Source: an uncultured bacterium (GTDB lineage Bacteria; Actinomycetota; Coriobacteriia; Coriobacteriales; Coriobacteriaceae). From it: 64,000 bases of DNA. The stretch lies in contig CAJMRD010000001.1 in NCBI GenBank assembly GCA_905215725.1, positions 8,705 to 72,704 of the forward strand. Reading direction: 5' to 3'. A model generated the notes under the pieces. That model saw nothing but the letters and a program-made list of their open reading frames with translations, was not told the DNA's origin and ran no database searches. Made by a program: the position numbers and the translations under genes. Shown piece by piece: positions 1-8,521 of the stretch. Numbering within the stretch: position 1 is the first letter of the stretch; every line of letters starts with the position of its first letter.

Positions 1-432
1 CGCAAAACCATCGTCGAGCCTGCGGTCGAGCTCCTCCAAATTCGCTTTGGTGCCAAAGGGCGGCACGGCGACAAGCGGAATCAGACGGCCACTTGACGCC
101 TTCGCGTCAGCAGCCATACCGTCGTTGAAGCGCCGGCACATCTCGAGCGACATCCACTCATGGCAGCCGGGGAGTTTGAGAATCGCTTTATCGACCCCCG
201 CCTCGTCCATGTCTGCCAGACGCTTCTCAAGGGTGTAGTCTCCCTCGATATAGTTGAGGCCCGGAAAGCCAGCGGGCTTTTCGATCACAATCTGTCGCTT
301 GCCCGTGGGGCTTACGGTCAGGTAGCCCTCGGTTTCGTAAGCGCGGGGCACCTCGGCCAAAAACTGTTCACAGAGCGTCTCGTCATGGAAGATGCGCTCG
401 TCAAACCAGTAGGAATTTGCATCGATAATCAT
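1..432 (-). CDS. putative amidohydrolase-family protein; C-terminal part lies outside the window
   Basis: Absent from the ORF track because it runs off the window edge. My reverse-strand translation from ATG (432-430) gives MIIDANSYWFDERIFHDETLCEQFLAEVPRAYETEGYLTVSPTGKRQIVIEKPAGFPGLNYIEGDYTLEKRLADMDEAGVDKAILKLPG... This resembles N-termini of amidohydrolase_2-type TIM-barrel hydrolases. The family call is from memory only. Confidence 0.4.
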   Translation of the reverse strand, partial: MIIDANSYWFDERIFHDETLCEQFLAEVPRAYETEGYLTVSPTGKRQIVIEKPAGFPGLNYIEGDYTLEKRLADMDEAGVDKAILKLPGCHEWMSLEMCRRFNDGMAADAKASSGRLIPLVAVPPFGTKANLEELDRRLDDGFA

Positions 433-509
433 TGGTGGGGACCGCCTTTCATCTTGTCGAGAACATTCTAAAAAAGCGGACACACGGACATCAATTCCAG
501 TTGAAGCAC

Positions 510-534
510 ACTGTATTCCATTTTGGAATACAGT
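510..534. promoter_or_regulatory. perfect 10-bp inverted repeat ACTGTATTCC-N5-GGAATACAGT upstream of the amidohydrolase-like gene (operator candidate)
   Basis: Read directly from the sequence. It is AT-rich and lies ~80 nt upstream of the minus-strand start at 432. Confidence 0.3.
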
Positions 535-596
535 TTTCCGTTCACACGCGATTCCCACTCGCCCAAACGATCGAGACGCCGACAACGCGAGCTTTA

Positions 597-637
597 ACAG
601 AAAACGGGCGACCCGAATCTGTTACGGGCCGCCCGTT
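597..637 (-). terminator. intrinsic terminator downstream of the aminotransferase gene
   Basis: GC-rich hairpin AACGGGCG.CCC / GGG.CGCCCGTT followed on the minus strand by TTTTCTG. It lies just after the stop at 660. Confidence 0.5.
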
Positions 638-659
638 AAATGACAGACTATCTCTGTCG

Positions 660-2180
660 TTATGATTGACGGTAATGGTCAAAGAAGTCGGCGAGGTCTT
701 CGAGGGACTCTTTGAGTACTTCCATGCGCGGCAGGTACACGATACGGAAGTGGTCGGGCTCAGCCCAGTTGAAGCCGCCGCCGCGCGTGATCAGGATCTT
801 CTTCTCGTGCAGCAGGTCAAGGGCGAATTGCTCGTCATCGGTGATGTTGAACTTTTTAACATCCATCTTGGGGAAGATGTAGAACGCCGCACGCGGCTTG
901 ACCACCGAGATGCCGTCGATCTTGTTGAGCGCCTCATACACAAAGTTGCGCTGCTCGTAGACACGACCGCCGGGACGGATGTAGTCGTTGACCGACTGAT
1001 GGCCGCCGAGCGCCGTCTGAACGATCGACTGAGCCGGCACGTTGGAGCACAGGCGCATGTTCGAGAGCATGTTGACGCCCATGATGAAGTCGCTCATGCA
1101 GCGCTGGTTGCCCGAAAGCACCATCCAGCCAATACGATAGCCCGCGATCATGTGCGACTTGGAAAGGCCGCTAAAGGTGACGCAGGGCAGGTCGGGGGCG
1201 AGCGAGGCAATCGAGACGTGCTCGTAGCCGTCCATGCACAGGCGGTCGTAGATCTCATCGGCAAAGATCATCAGCTGATGTCTGCGTGCAATCTCGACGA
1301 TGCCCTCGAGCACCTCGCGCGGATAGACAGAACCCGTGGGGTTGTTGGGGTTGATGATGACGAGGGCTTTGGTCGCACTCGTGATCTTGGACTCCATATC
1401 CTCCAGGTCGGGATACCAATCCGCCTGCTCATCGCACAGATAATGTACGGGATGACCGCCAGCAAGGGTTGCGCACGCCGTCCAGAGCGGATAGTCGGGG
1501 CTGGGGATCAGAATCTCGTCGCCATTGTCGAGCAGCGCGTTCATCGAAAGCTGAATGAGCTCGGACACGCCGTTGCCCGTGTAGATATGCTCCATCTGAA
1601 CGTTGGGCAGGCCCTTGATCTGCGAATACTGCATGATCGCCTTGCGCGCGGAGAACAGGCCACGCGAGTTGGAATAGCCTTCGCAGTCGGGCAGCTGCTG
1701 GCGCATGTCCTTGATGACCTCATCGGGCGTGCGGAAACCGAAGGGCGCCGGGTTGCCGATATTGAGCTTGAGGATGCGCTCGCCCTCGTCCTCCATACGG
1801 GCAGCCTCGTCGACGACGGGACCGCGCACGTCATACAGGACGTTGTCGAGTTTGGTGGATTTAGAAAAAGTACGCATGGTGGTGCTCCTTGTAATTTGAG
1901 CTGAGGGATGGGGTTCGGGCTTGGAATCGTTGCGGGGTGATGATGCCTCGCCTTGATCGGCGTCGCCGGCAAGCAGCCAGGTAACATCGACCTCCAAAAT
2001 ACGGGCGAGCAGCTCAGCCACATCGCGCCGCGGGATCGTCTTGCCGCTCACATATTGGCTCATCTGACTCTTGCCGAGTTTTTTGCCGAGCATTTCCGAT
2101 GCGCGGATTACGTCCGACTGGCGAACGTCGCGATTGGACATAGTCTGTCGCAGGCGATCGCTAAACGTCTCTTGGGCCAC
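660..2180 (-). CDS. XRE-type HTH domain fused in frame to an AlaA-like (glutamate-pyruvate) class I PLP aminotransferase
   Basis: The 519-aa ORF is trimmed to GTG at 2180, because AAGGAGG (2186-2192, minus strand) lies 5 nt upstream. The N-terminal ~75 aa (ETFSDRLRQTMSNRDVRQSDVIRASEMLG...SQMSQYVSGKTIPRRD) has an XRE HTH pattern. A Pro/Ser linker follows, then MRTFSKSTKLDNVLYDVRGPVVDEAARMEDEGERILKLNIGNPAPFGF...SKSHMIAGYRIGW, which is nearly collinear with E. coli AlaA as I remember it. A second AAGGAG + ATG lies at the domain junction (ATG at 1877). Confidence 0.85.
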   Translation of the reverse strand: MAQETFSDRLRQTMSNRDVRQSDVIRASEMLGKKLGKSQMSQYVSGKTIPRRDVAELLARILEVDVTWLLAGDADQGEASSPRNDSKPEPHPSAQITRSTTMRTFSKSTKLDNVLYDVRGPVVDEAARMEDEGERILKLNIGNPAPFGFRTPDEVIKDMRQQLPDCEGYSNSRGLFSARKAIMQYSQIKGLPNVQMEHIYTGNGVSELIQLSMNALLDNGDEILIPSPDYPLWTACATLAGGHPVHYLCDEQADWYPDLEDMESKITSATKALVIINPNNPTGSVYPREVLEGIVEIARRHQLMIFADEIYDRLCMDGYEHVSIASLAPDLPCVTFSGLSKSHMIAGYRIGWMVLSGNQRCMSDFIMGVNMLSNMRLCSNVPAQSIVQTALGGHQSVNDYIRPGGRVYEQRNFVYEALNKIDGISVVKPRAAFYIFPKMDVKKFNITDDEQFALDLLHEKKILITRGGGFNWAEPDHFRIVYLPRMEVLKESLEDLADFFDHYRQS

Positions 2181-2200
2181 AGGAACCTCCTTGCTGGCAA

Positions 2201-2283
2201 AGTTCAATTTATAGAACACGAATTGAACCGGGGTTCAATTTAGCAAGCAGTATAGCGCCGCGCCTCATTCGAAAGTTCAATTT
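2201..2283. promoter_or_regulatory. cluster of four GTTCAATT(T) boxes (three direct, one inverted) upstream of the HTH-aminotransferase gene
   Basis: AGTTCAATTT at 2201-2210, AATTGAACC at 2221-2229 (inverted), GGTTCAATTT at 2232-2241 and AGTTCAATTT at 2274-2283. The boxes form palindromes with 2-bp and 11-bp spacers. Confidence 0.45.
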
Positions 2284-2342
2284 CATAAGAAAACGTACCG
2301 AACTCCGAGATTTGCCCAAAACGGACAATGACGTGTACACGT

Positions 2343-3221
2343 TTAGAGGTATTCGAGGAAACGGGCGGCGGCAAGCGAAACATCGGCCGTTCGATATATG
2401 GCGTTGATTTGGCGATGGGGATGCCCCTCGAGTGGGCGCACAGCAACATCGAACTGACAACGGCGCAAGATGAGCGCGGGAAGAATGCTCACGCCCAGGC
2501 CGTCCTCGACCATAGCCATAATCGCATAGTCATCCCAAGTCGACAGCTTGGAGCACACCGTCAGCCCCGCCCGACGGAACAGCGGCGTAATCTCATCATC
2601 GGTGCCGCGTTCTAGCAGAATAAACTGCTCGTTGGCTAAATCGGCAAGAGAGACGACCTCCGCCGTGGCAAGTAAAGAGTCTGCCGGCACTACCGTCATC
2701 AACTCGTCGCGCACCAAAGACCGCGATGTCATGCCACTTTCTCGGGGCTCACGCGGGATAAAGCCCAGATCGCAGCGGCCCTCTGCCACCCATTGTTCAA
2801 TCTCTGAGTAATCGCCCATCAGCAACTCATAATCGACGTCCGGGTGATCGGCGCGAAAGCGCGCAATCACCGGCGGCAGCACGTGGGTCGCCACGCTCGA
2901 AAACGTACCGATGCAGATCTTGCCACGCATGAGCCCTCGCATCTCGTCCACGCGTCGCTGCAGGCGGCCAAACTCTTCGCATAACGCCTCGACTGCCGGC
3001 ATGACCTGCCGCCCGTCGGCAGAAAGCACCACGCCCTCGCGGCTGCGATCAAGCACCTTAAAACCCCAGTCTGCCTCAAGGTCGCCCACCATGCGGCTCA
3101 CGCCCGACTGCGAATAGCTCAGGCGCTCTGCAGCACGCGTAAAGCTGCCGGCACGCACCGTCTCGAGCAGCACTTGCATCTTTTGGATATTGGTCTCCAC
3201 GGCACGTCCCCACCCTTGCAT
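2343..3221 (-). CDS. LysR-family transcriptional regulator
   Basis: N-terminal HTH (LLETVRAGSFTRAAERLSYSQSGVSRMVGDLE) plus a LysR substrate-binding-type C-terminus. The true start may be GTG at 3200. Confidence 0.85.
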   Translation of the reverse strand: MQGWGRAVETNIQKMQVLLETVRAGSFTRAAERLSYSQSGVSRMVGDLEADWGFKVLDRSREGVVLSADGRQVMPAVEALCEEFGRLQRRVDEMRGLMRGKICIGTFSSVATHVLPPVIARFRADHPDVDYELLMGDYSEIEQWVAEGRCDLGFIPREPRESGMTSRSLVRDELMTVVPADSLLATAEVVSLADLANEQFILLERGTDDEITPLFRRAGLTVCSKLSTWDDYAIMAMVEDGLGVSILPALILRRCQFDVAVRPLEGHPHRQINAIYRTADVSLAAARFLEYL

Positions 3222-3272
3222 GAGTTTTTGTCATGTTTTCCATGCATTATATTCGCTTTTCTTCTAAAGCCA

Positions 3273-3289
3273 GTTCACCCATAGTGAAC
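3273..3289. promoter_or_regulatory. LysR-type box GTTCAC-N5-GTGAAC in a divergent promoter
   Basis: Palindrome in the 97-bp LysR/EamA divergent intergenic region. Confidence 0.3.
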
Positions 3290-3318
3290 ATGTTCGGATA
3301 TAGAGGGGATGTCAGCGC

Positions 3319-4230
3319 ATGAACAACGGACTGTTTACGTACTTAGCAGCATTGCTATTGTTTGGCTCCAACGGTATCATCGCCGCCGCCATCGCACTGC
3401 CGAGCTCCGATATCGTGCTACTGCGCACGTTTTTGGGCGCCCTCTCGCTTGTCACTATCCTTGCCATCACCCAACGCCATAAACTGCAGGCGCCATCTCG
3501 TCCCCGCGAAGCCGCAGCACTCCTTCTCTCGGGAGCCGCGCTGGGCGCCAGCTGGATTTTTCTGTTCCGCGCCTACCAGACGATCGGCGTCGGCGTATCC
3601 TCGCTGCTGTACTACTGTGGCCCCATCATTGTCATGGCGCTCTCCCCACTCATCTTTGGTGAAAAACTGACCGGCGGCAAAATCGCCGGGTTTATCGCCG
3701 TCGCCTGCGGTGCTTTTCTCATTGCAGCACAAGGTCTAGGCGGCAATATGCCCATTGCGGGTATCGTCTGCGGTATCGCCTCGGCATTTTGCTATGCGCT
3801 GATGGTCATCGCTAGCAAGGGTGCGCCACACATCGAAGGCCTCGAGAACTCCACGCTCCAGGTGAGCGCCGCCTTTGTGACCGTGCTGGTCCTCACGCTC
3901 ATCACGCAGGGCGCCCCCTCATTCCTGTCCGCCGGCGTCGCCGCCAGTATTGATTGGCGCGCCGTCGTCATGCTCGGCGTCATCAACACCGGCATCGGTT
4001 GCCTGCTCTACTTTAGCGCCGTCGCCAAGCTGCCCGTCCAGACCGTCGCGGTCGTCGGCTACCTCGAGCCGCTTTCGGCCGTCGTGTTCTCGGCCGTCCT
4101 TTTGGGCGAAGCCATAACACCGGTCCGCCTGATGGGTGCCGCGCTTATCATCGGCGGCGCGATTTTTTGCGAACTCGCCGGCAAACGCGCAAACGCCAAG
4201 GCTGGCATCGCCCAGACAGTACGTGCTTAA
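3319..4230 (+). CDS. DMT-superfamily (EamA-like) transporter
   Basis: 303 aa with about 10 hydrophobic segments and a duplicated EamA-like layout. GAGGGGA RBS. Divergent from a LysR gene. Confidence 0.8.
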   Translation: MNNGLFTYLAALLLFGSNGIIAAAIALPSSDIVLLRTFLGALSLVTILAITQRHKLQAPSRPREAAALLLSGAALGASWIFLFRAYQTIGVGVSSLLYYCGPIIVMALSPLIFGEKLTGGKIAGFIAVACGAFLIAAQGLGGNMPIAGIVCGIASAFCYALMVIASKGAPHIEGLENSTLQVSAAFVTVLVLTLITQGAPSFLSAGVAASIDWRAVVMLGVINTGIGCLLYFSAVAKLPVQTVAVVGYLEPLSAVVFSAVLLGEAITPVRLMGAALIIGGAIFCELAGKRANAKAGIAQTVRA

Positions 4231-4369
4231 AAGCCCCTGCTTTGAAATGCTACCTGCGTAGATAAATAATCCCCAGCTGAGGATTATTGTCTAAAATAAC
4301 CCGATGTGCCAAACTGCTCTTGTATGTATAAAGACGGCATAAAGTTTTTTGTCCTAGACAGATAACCGG

Positions 4370-6619
4370 ATGTCTAAGGGAGTCCTCGTGGCACACAATA
4401 AACTGGAGGCAAACCTCCAAGACCAGCGCGGGCAAGGCGGGCACGGAGCCATCCCCCTCTCCGCTGGCATGCTGCTCGTAACGCTCGGCGTCGTCTATGG
4501 CGACATCGGCACGAGCCCCATGTACACCATGAAATCAATCGTCGCCAACAACGGCGGCATCGGTACCGTCAGCGAGGACATGATCCTGGGCGCGCTTTCG
4601 CTCGTCATCTGGACCATGACGCTCGTGACCACGGTCAAGTACGTGGTAATCGCCATGAAGGCCGACAACCACAACGAAGGCGGCATCTTCGCCCTGTTCA
4701 GTCTCGTGCGCAAGGTGGCGCCATGGCTGATTCTCCCCGCCATGATCGGCGGCGCGGCGCTGCTCGCCGACGGCATCCTCACCCCCGCGGTCACGGTCAC
4801 CACAGCCATTGAGGGCCTGCGTACCATCGAGTGGGGCCACGCACTATTGGGTGACGGTCAGACCAATGTGATCATCATCACCATCATCATTATCTGCGGT
4901 CTGTTTGCCATGCAGCGCGCCGGCACCTCGTCAATCGGCAAGCTCTTCGGCCCGCTCATGACGCTGTGGTTCCTGTTCCTGGCGGGCGCCGGCCTGTTCA
5001 ACATGCTCGGCAATCTGTCCATCCTACGCGCGCTCAACCCCATCCGCGGCATCATGTTCCTGTTCTCGCCCATCAACCACTCGGGCATCATGGTGCTCGG
5101 CTTCGTCTTCCTGTCGACGACCGGCGCCGAGGCCCTCTACTCGGACATGGGCCACGTTGGCAAGGCCAACATCTATGCATCCTGGCCGTTTGTTAAGGCA
5201 GCGCTTATCCTTAACTACCTGGGTCAGGGAGCTTGGCTGCTCGCCAATAACTCCAACCCCCAGATGCTCGCGATGGATATCGTTAACCCGTTCTATATGA
5301 TGCTTCCCGAGCCCCTGCGCCCCTTTGCCATCGTGCTTTCGGCCGTGGCGGCCATCATCGCCTCGCAGGCCCTCATCACCGGCTCATTCTCGCTGGTATC
5401 CGAGGCAACGCGCCTCAACCTTATGCCGCACCTGCGCATCCACTACCCCAGCGACACCAAGGGTCAGCTCTATATTCCGCTCGTCAATAACATCATGTGG
5501 GTCGGCTGTATCTTCATCGTGCTGCTGTTCCAAAACTCCGAGCGCATGGAGAGTGCCTATGGCCTCGCCATCACCGTGACCATGCTCATGACCACGACGC
5601 TTTTGACGAGCTATATCACCGGCATCCTCAAGCACAAGCTGGGCGCCTGCATCTTTGCCCTGCTCTTTGGTGCCATTGAGCTGTGCTTCTTCGCTTCGTG
5701 CCTCACCATGTTCTTTGACGGCGGCTACGTCATGATCTTCCTGGCCGCACTGCTGTTTGGCCTTATGTACGTGTGGCGCCGTGGCACCGCCATCGAGCGC
5801 ACGCAGACGATTCTGTTACCCGTCTCCAAGTACATCGATCAGCTCAACCGTCTGCGCAACGACGAGACCTATCCCGTGCTCGCCGACAACCTGGTGTTTC
5901 TCACCAACAGCCCCGATCCGCTCACGCTCGACCGCGACGTGCTCTATTCCATCCTGGATAAACATCCCAAGCGCGCCAAGGCGTATTGGTTCATTAACGT
6001 GCATGTCACCGACGAGCCCTATACGCACGAGTATTCCGTCGAGACCTTTGGCACGGACTTCCTCTTCCGCGTTCGCCTGGACCTGGGCTTTAAGGTCAAC
6101 CAGCGCGTCAACGCCTATCTGCGTCAGATCGTCGGCGACCTGATGGCTTCGGGTGAGCTGCCGCCGCAGCACCACACCTACTCCATCTACGAGACGCGCG
6201 GCAACGTGGGCGACTTCCGTTTTTGCATGCTGCGCAAGATGCTCGCCCCCGAAACGGACATCAACCGCAATGACCACCGCGTGATGGCCATCAAGTACGC
6301 CGTCCGCCGCGCCTGCGGAAGCCCGGCACGCTGGTACGGTCTTGAGAACTCGGCCATCATCATCGAGTACGTGCCGCTGTTTGCCCGCATGCGCCCGGCC
6401 GTTAAGCTCGTGCGCACCCAGGTGCCGCTCGAGGTTCAGATTGAAGAGGCCGAGGAAATGGAAGTCGACATCTTCTCGGACGACTTGGTCAACGGCAACG
6501 AGGCCGGTAGGGACATGAACATCGACCCCACCGAGCTGCTCGAGAGCGTCGCAGATATGCCCGAACAGCAACAGCTCGACGGCCTCGAGAGTGAACAACT
6601 CAACGACGCCAACTTCTAG
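4370..6619 (+). CDS. kup: Kup/HAK/KT potassium uptake permease
   Basis: GVVYGDIGTSPMYT motif, about 12 TM segments and a cytoplasmic C-domain. It also has an unusually long acidic C-terminal tail. Confidence 0.9.
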   Translation: MSKGVLVAHNKLEANLQDQRGQGGHGAIPLSAGMLLVTLGVVYGDIGTSPMYTMKSIVANNGGIGTVSEDMILGALSLVIWTMTLVTTVKYVVIAMKADNHNEGGIFALFSLVRKVAPWLILPAMIGGAALLADGILTPAVTVTTAIEGLRTIEWGHALLGDGQTNVIIITIIIICGLFAMQRAGTSSIGKLFGPLMTLWFLFLAGAGLFNMLGNLSILRALNPIRGIMFLFSPINHSGIMVLGFVFLSTTGAEALYSDMGHVGKANIYASWPFVKAALILNYLGQGAWLLANNSNPQMLAMDIVNPFYMMLPEPLRPFAIVLSAVAAIIASQALITGSFSLVSEATRLNLMPHLRIHYPSDTKGQLYIPLVNNIMWVGCIFIVLLFQNSERMESAYGLAITVTMLMTTTLLTSYITGILKHKLGACIFALLFGAIELCFFASCLTMFFDGGYVMIFLAALLFGLMYVWRRGTAIERTQTILLPVSKYIDQLNRLRNDETYPVLADNLVFLTNSPDPLTLDRDVLYSILDKHPKRAKAYWFINVHVTDEPYTHEYSVETFGTDFLFRVRLDLGFKVNQRVNAYLRQIVGDLMASGELPPQHHTYSIYETRGNVGDFRFCMLRKMLAPETDINRNDHRVMAIKYAVRRACGSPARWYGLENSAIIIEYVPLFARMRPAVKLVRTQVPLEVQIEEAEEMEVDIFSDDLVNGNEAGRDMNIDPTELLESVADMPEQQQLDGLESEQLNDANF

Positions 6620-6640
6620 CGACGTCACAAATCAACGACA

Positions 6641-6678
6641 GCGGCCCTGCACCTCACGGGAGATGCAGGGCCGCTTTG
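6641..6678 (+). terminator. intrinsic terminator after kup
   Basis: GCGGCCCTGCA-N12-TGCAGGGCCGC followed by TTTG, between convergent genes. Confidence 0.6.
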
Positions 6679-6698
6679 CATTGCGGTAAAGCCATCGG

Positions 6699-7664
6699 CT
6701 ACGAACGACGCGGCTCGGGAACCACGAGCCTATCGGGGCTCGCGCCCTCGGCATCCATCAGGCTCACGTAGCGAATCGACGGATCCCCATACATCGCGTA
6801 GTAATAATTGCCCGTGCGCGCGCTAAAGCATCCGGTGTAGATAGTCTTCTCGAACTTGCCATCGCCCATCCTGGACGCCCCCTCGATCATCACCACGCCC
6901 TCGAGCGAGCGGAACATGCGAACGACGTTTTCGGTCTCGCTCTCCTTTTGCGGGTAATTGGCATTGAGGTACGCCGCCTTTACAAAACGGCTCGGCGAAT
7001 AGCAATCGCCCGGAATGCCGCGCATGCCGGCACCGGCTCCATAGGGCTTGAGCTCGGCGCCACGCCATGTCGCCGTCTGCGGAAAATCGCTTGTGGCGGT
7101 GATATAGGTGCGGAGGTTTTCCATGTGCCACGGGAAGGTCGGCTGGTTGGCAAGGGTGTCGACCGGATCGTCGTATACATGCAGCCCGTCAGCCATCACC
7201 TCGACCACGATGCTGCGCTGGCTGTCGCCGATAATCCAATGGAGCAGCGACACGCCCAGCCCCTCTCCGGCAGATTTGGCGACAATCACCGTGTCGCGCA
7301 GCGCGGCCTCGACCTCATCGACCGTCGAGAACGTCGCTGCCACCCACAGGGGGAACTCATAGGCCGCGATATTGGTCTTGCCGTCGACAGGGTCCTCGGC
7401 ATACTCGGCATAACCCGGGAAATTGAGACCCGCCACGGCGAGGCCCGCATCGTTGCCGCAATCGAAGAACATAGGGTAGTTCTTGTAATCGATGCACATA
7501 CCGATCACCGCGTGCGCCGCTGTCGCGTCGTCGATAAACGAATACGGAATGTGAAACCCGCGCGGCATCACGCGAACCTGTTGGCCGTAGTCAAAGCTCC
7601 AGTCGAGATTGCGGCCCAGATACATGTGGCCAGAATTATCGGTAAATCGAATACTCGTACACAT
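6699..7664 (-). CDS. choloylglycine hydrolase family Ntn hydrolase (bile salt hydrolase / penicillin V acylase type)
   Basis: The ORF is trimmed to ATG at 7664, preceded by GGAGG (7669-7673, minus strand). The product starts MCTSIRFTDNSGHMYLGRNLDW, with the Cys2 nucleophile and NLDW motif of this family. Confidence 0.85.
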   Translation of the reverse strand: MCTSIRFTDNSGHMYLGRNLDWSFDYGQQVRVMPRGFHIPYSFIDDATAAHAVIGMCIDYKNYPMFFDCGNDAGLAVAGLNFPGYAEYAEDPVDGKTNIAAYEFPLWVAATFSTVDEVEAALRDTVIVAKSAGEGLGVSLLHWIIGDSQRSIVVEVMADGLHVYDDPVDTLANQPTFPWHMENLRTYITATSDFPQTATWRGAELKPYGAGAGMRGIPGDCYSPSRFVKAAYLNANYPQKESETENVVRMFRSLEGVVMIEGASRMGDGKFEKTIYTGCFSARTGNYYYAMYGDPSIRYVSLMDAEGASPDRLVVPEPRRS

Positions 7665-7724
7665 AGCGCCTCCTAGCTTTACGTTCTTGCTAATTTCATT
7701 GTCTCCAAACAAAAAGGCGCTAAA

Positions 7725-7761
7725 CACAAAAGCCCGGACATGACAACAATGTCACGCCCGG
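7725..7761 (-). terminator. intrinsic terminator between the deformylase-like gene and the hydrolase gene
   Basis: Minus strand reads CCGGGCGTGACA-TTGT-TGTCATGTCCGGGC followed by TTTTGTGTTT. Confidence 0.5.
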
Positions 7762-7908
7762 ACTATTCAAGCAGGATAAACTCAACCAAGTTAACCCCGC
7801 AGGTCGTCTAAGGGGTCAAAGTGCCGCAGATTGCCACGAAAGAGGAGCGAAGCGTACTTAAGGTACGCGAGCGACGATTGAGCGGCAAGGTGCGGTGCTT
7901 TGGTCCCC

Positions 7909-8328
7909 TTAGACCAACTTTCCAAGACAGTGGTCGATCATATGCTGGATCATCTGTGCCTCAAAGCCCGCGTAGTCGCGGCGGCACTCCTTCATCTTGC
8001 CGTCGACGATCTGATCAAAGGCGACCTTGCACTTGATATAGCGCGTGGACTTGGTGACCTCCTCGTGCGTCAGGCAGCTCTCCTCCATCTTGCTGGCGCC
8101 CAGGCCAAACACCAGACGGGGGTTGTAGAGTACGTGAGGCTCGCCGGCATCGTCCAGGTAGACGCAAACCTTCTTGGTAACGCCAATCTGGTTAGCGGCA
8201 AGGCAGCCGGCATCGTCGAGCGACTTGATGGTATCGATCAGGTCCTGAGCAACCGACTCGTCCTCGACGGTCGCAACCTCGCAACGCTGGGACAGGATAG
8301 CCTCGTCGTGGCAAAGCTCTTTAATCAT
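7909..8328 (-). CDS. peptide deformylase-like protein with a degenerate metal/catalytic motif
   Basis: Start moved to ATG 8328 (GGAGGA 4-5 nt upstream). PDF motif 1 is GCLAANQIG, motif 2 is ESCLT (for EGCLS), and motif 3 is QHMIDHCLG (for QHExDH). Confidence 0.7.
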   Translation of the reverse strand: MIKELCHDEAILSQRCEVATVEDESVAQDLIDTIKSLDDAGCLAANQIGVTKKVCVYLDDAGEPHVLYNPRLVFGLGASKMEESCLTHEEVTKSTRYIKCKVAFDQIVDGKMKECRRDYAGFEAQMIQHMIDHCLGKLV

Positions 8329-8521
8329 ACGTTCCTCCATAGGGGTCGTTGTAACCGCTTAAGTATACGGTACCCACACATTTTCATGCGAAAAATACCG
8401 TCCGTCTGCTACAAAGCGCCGAACATCAACATGCGAGGAACAACAGCGTCGTAAAGGGGCTATAGTAGTTGAGTTCGTGTCAATCGGCCTAAACTCGGGG
8501 CCGAACAAGGAAAGGGTATGC

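Noticed and set aside
666-1904. Long ORFs antisense to or overlapping well-supported genes. Examples: 666-1904 +, 5816-6628 -, 10762-11736 +, 21087-21782 -, 22803-24044 -, 26252-27304 +, 30471-31967 +, 38674-39672 -, 41941-43530 +, 45760-47013 +, 55001-56383 +, 61786-62928 +.
   Set aside because: High-GC genomes generate long stop-free antisense frames. Their translations are Arg/Ala/Gly/His-rich low-complexity sequence with no motifs. The opposite-strand proteins have clear family signatures.
4231-4369. c-di-AMP (ydaO/kimA-type) or other riboswitch upstream of kup.
   Set aside because: There is only one short 8-bp hairpin (AATAATCC/GGATTATT). None of the conserved ACGGGGA/CCCA-type blocks that I remember are present.
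8341-8521. Purine riboswitch upstream of the NCS2 purine permease.
   Set aside because: I could not find the conserved UAUNNNNGGAUAUGG / GUUUCUACC / CCGUAAA / GACUA cores. There are only unrelated short hairpins.
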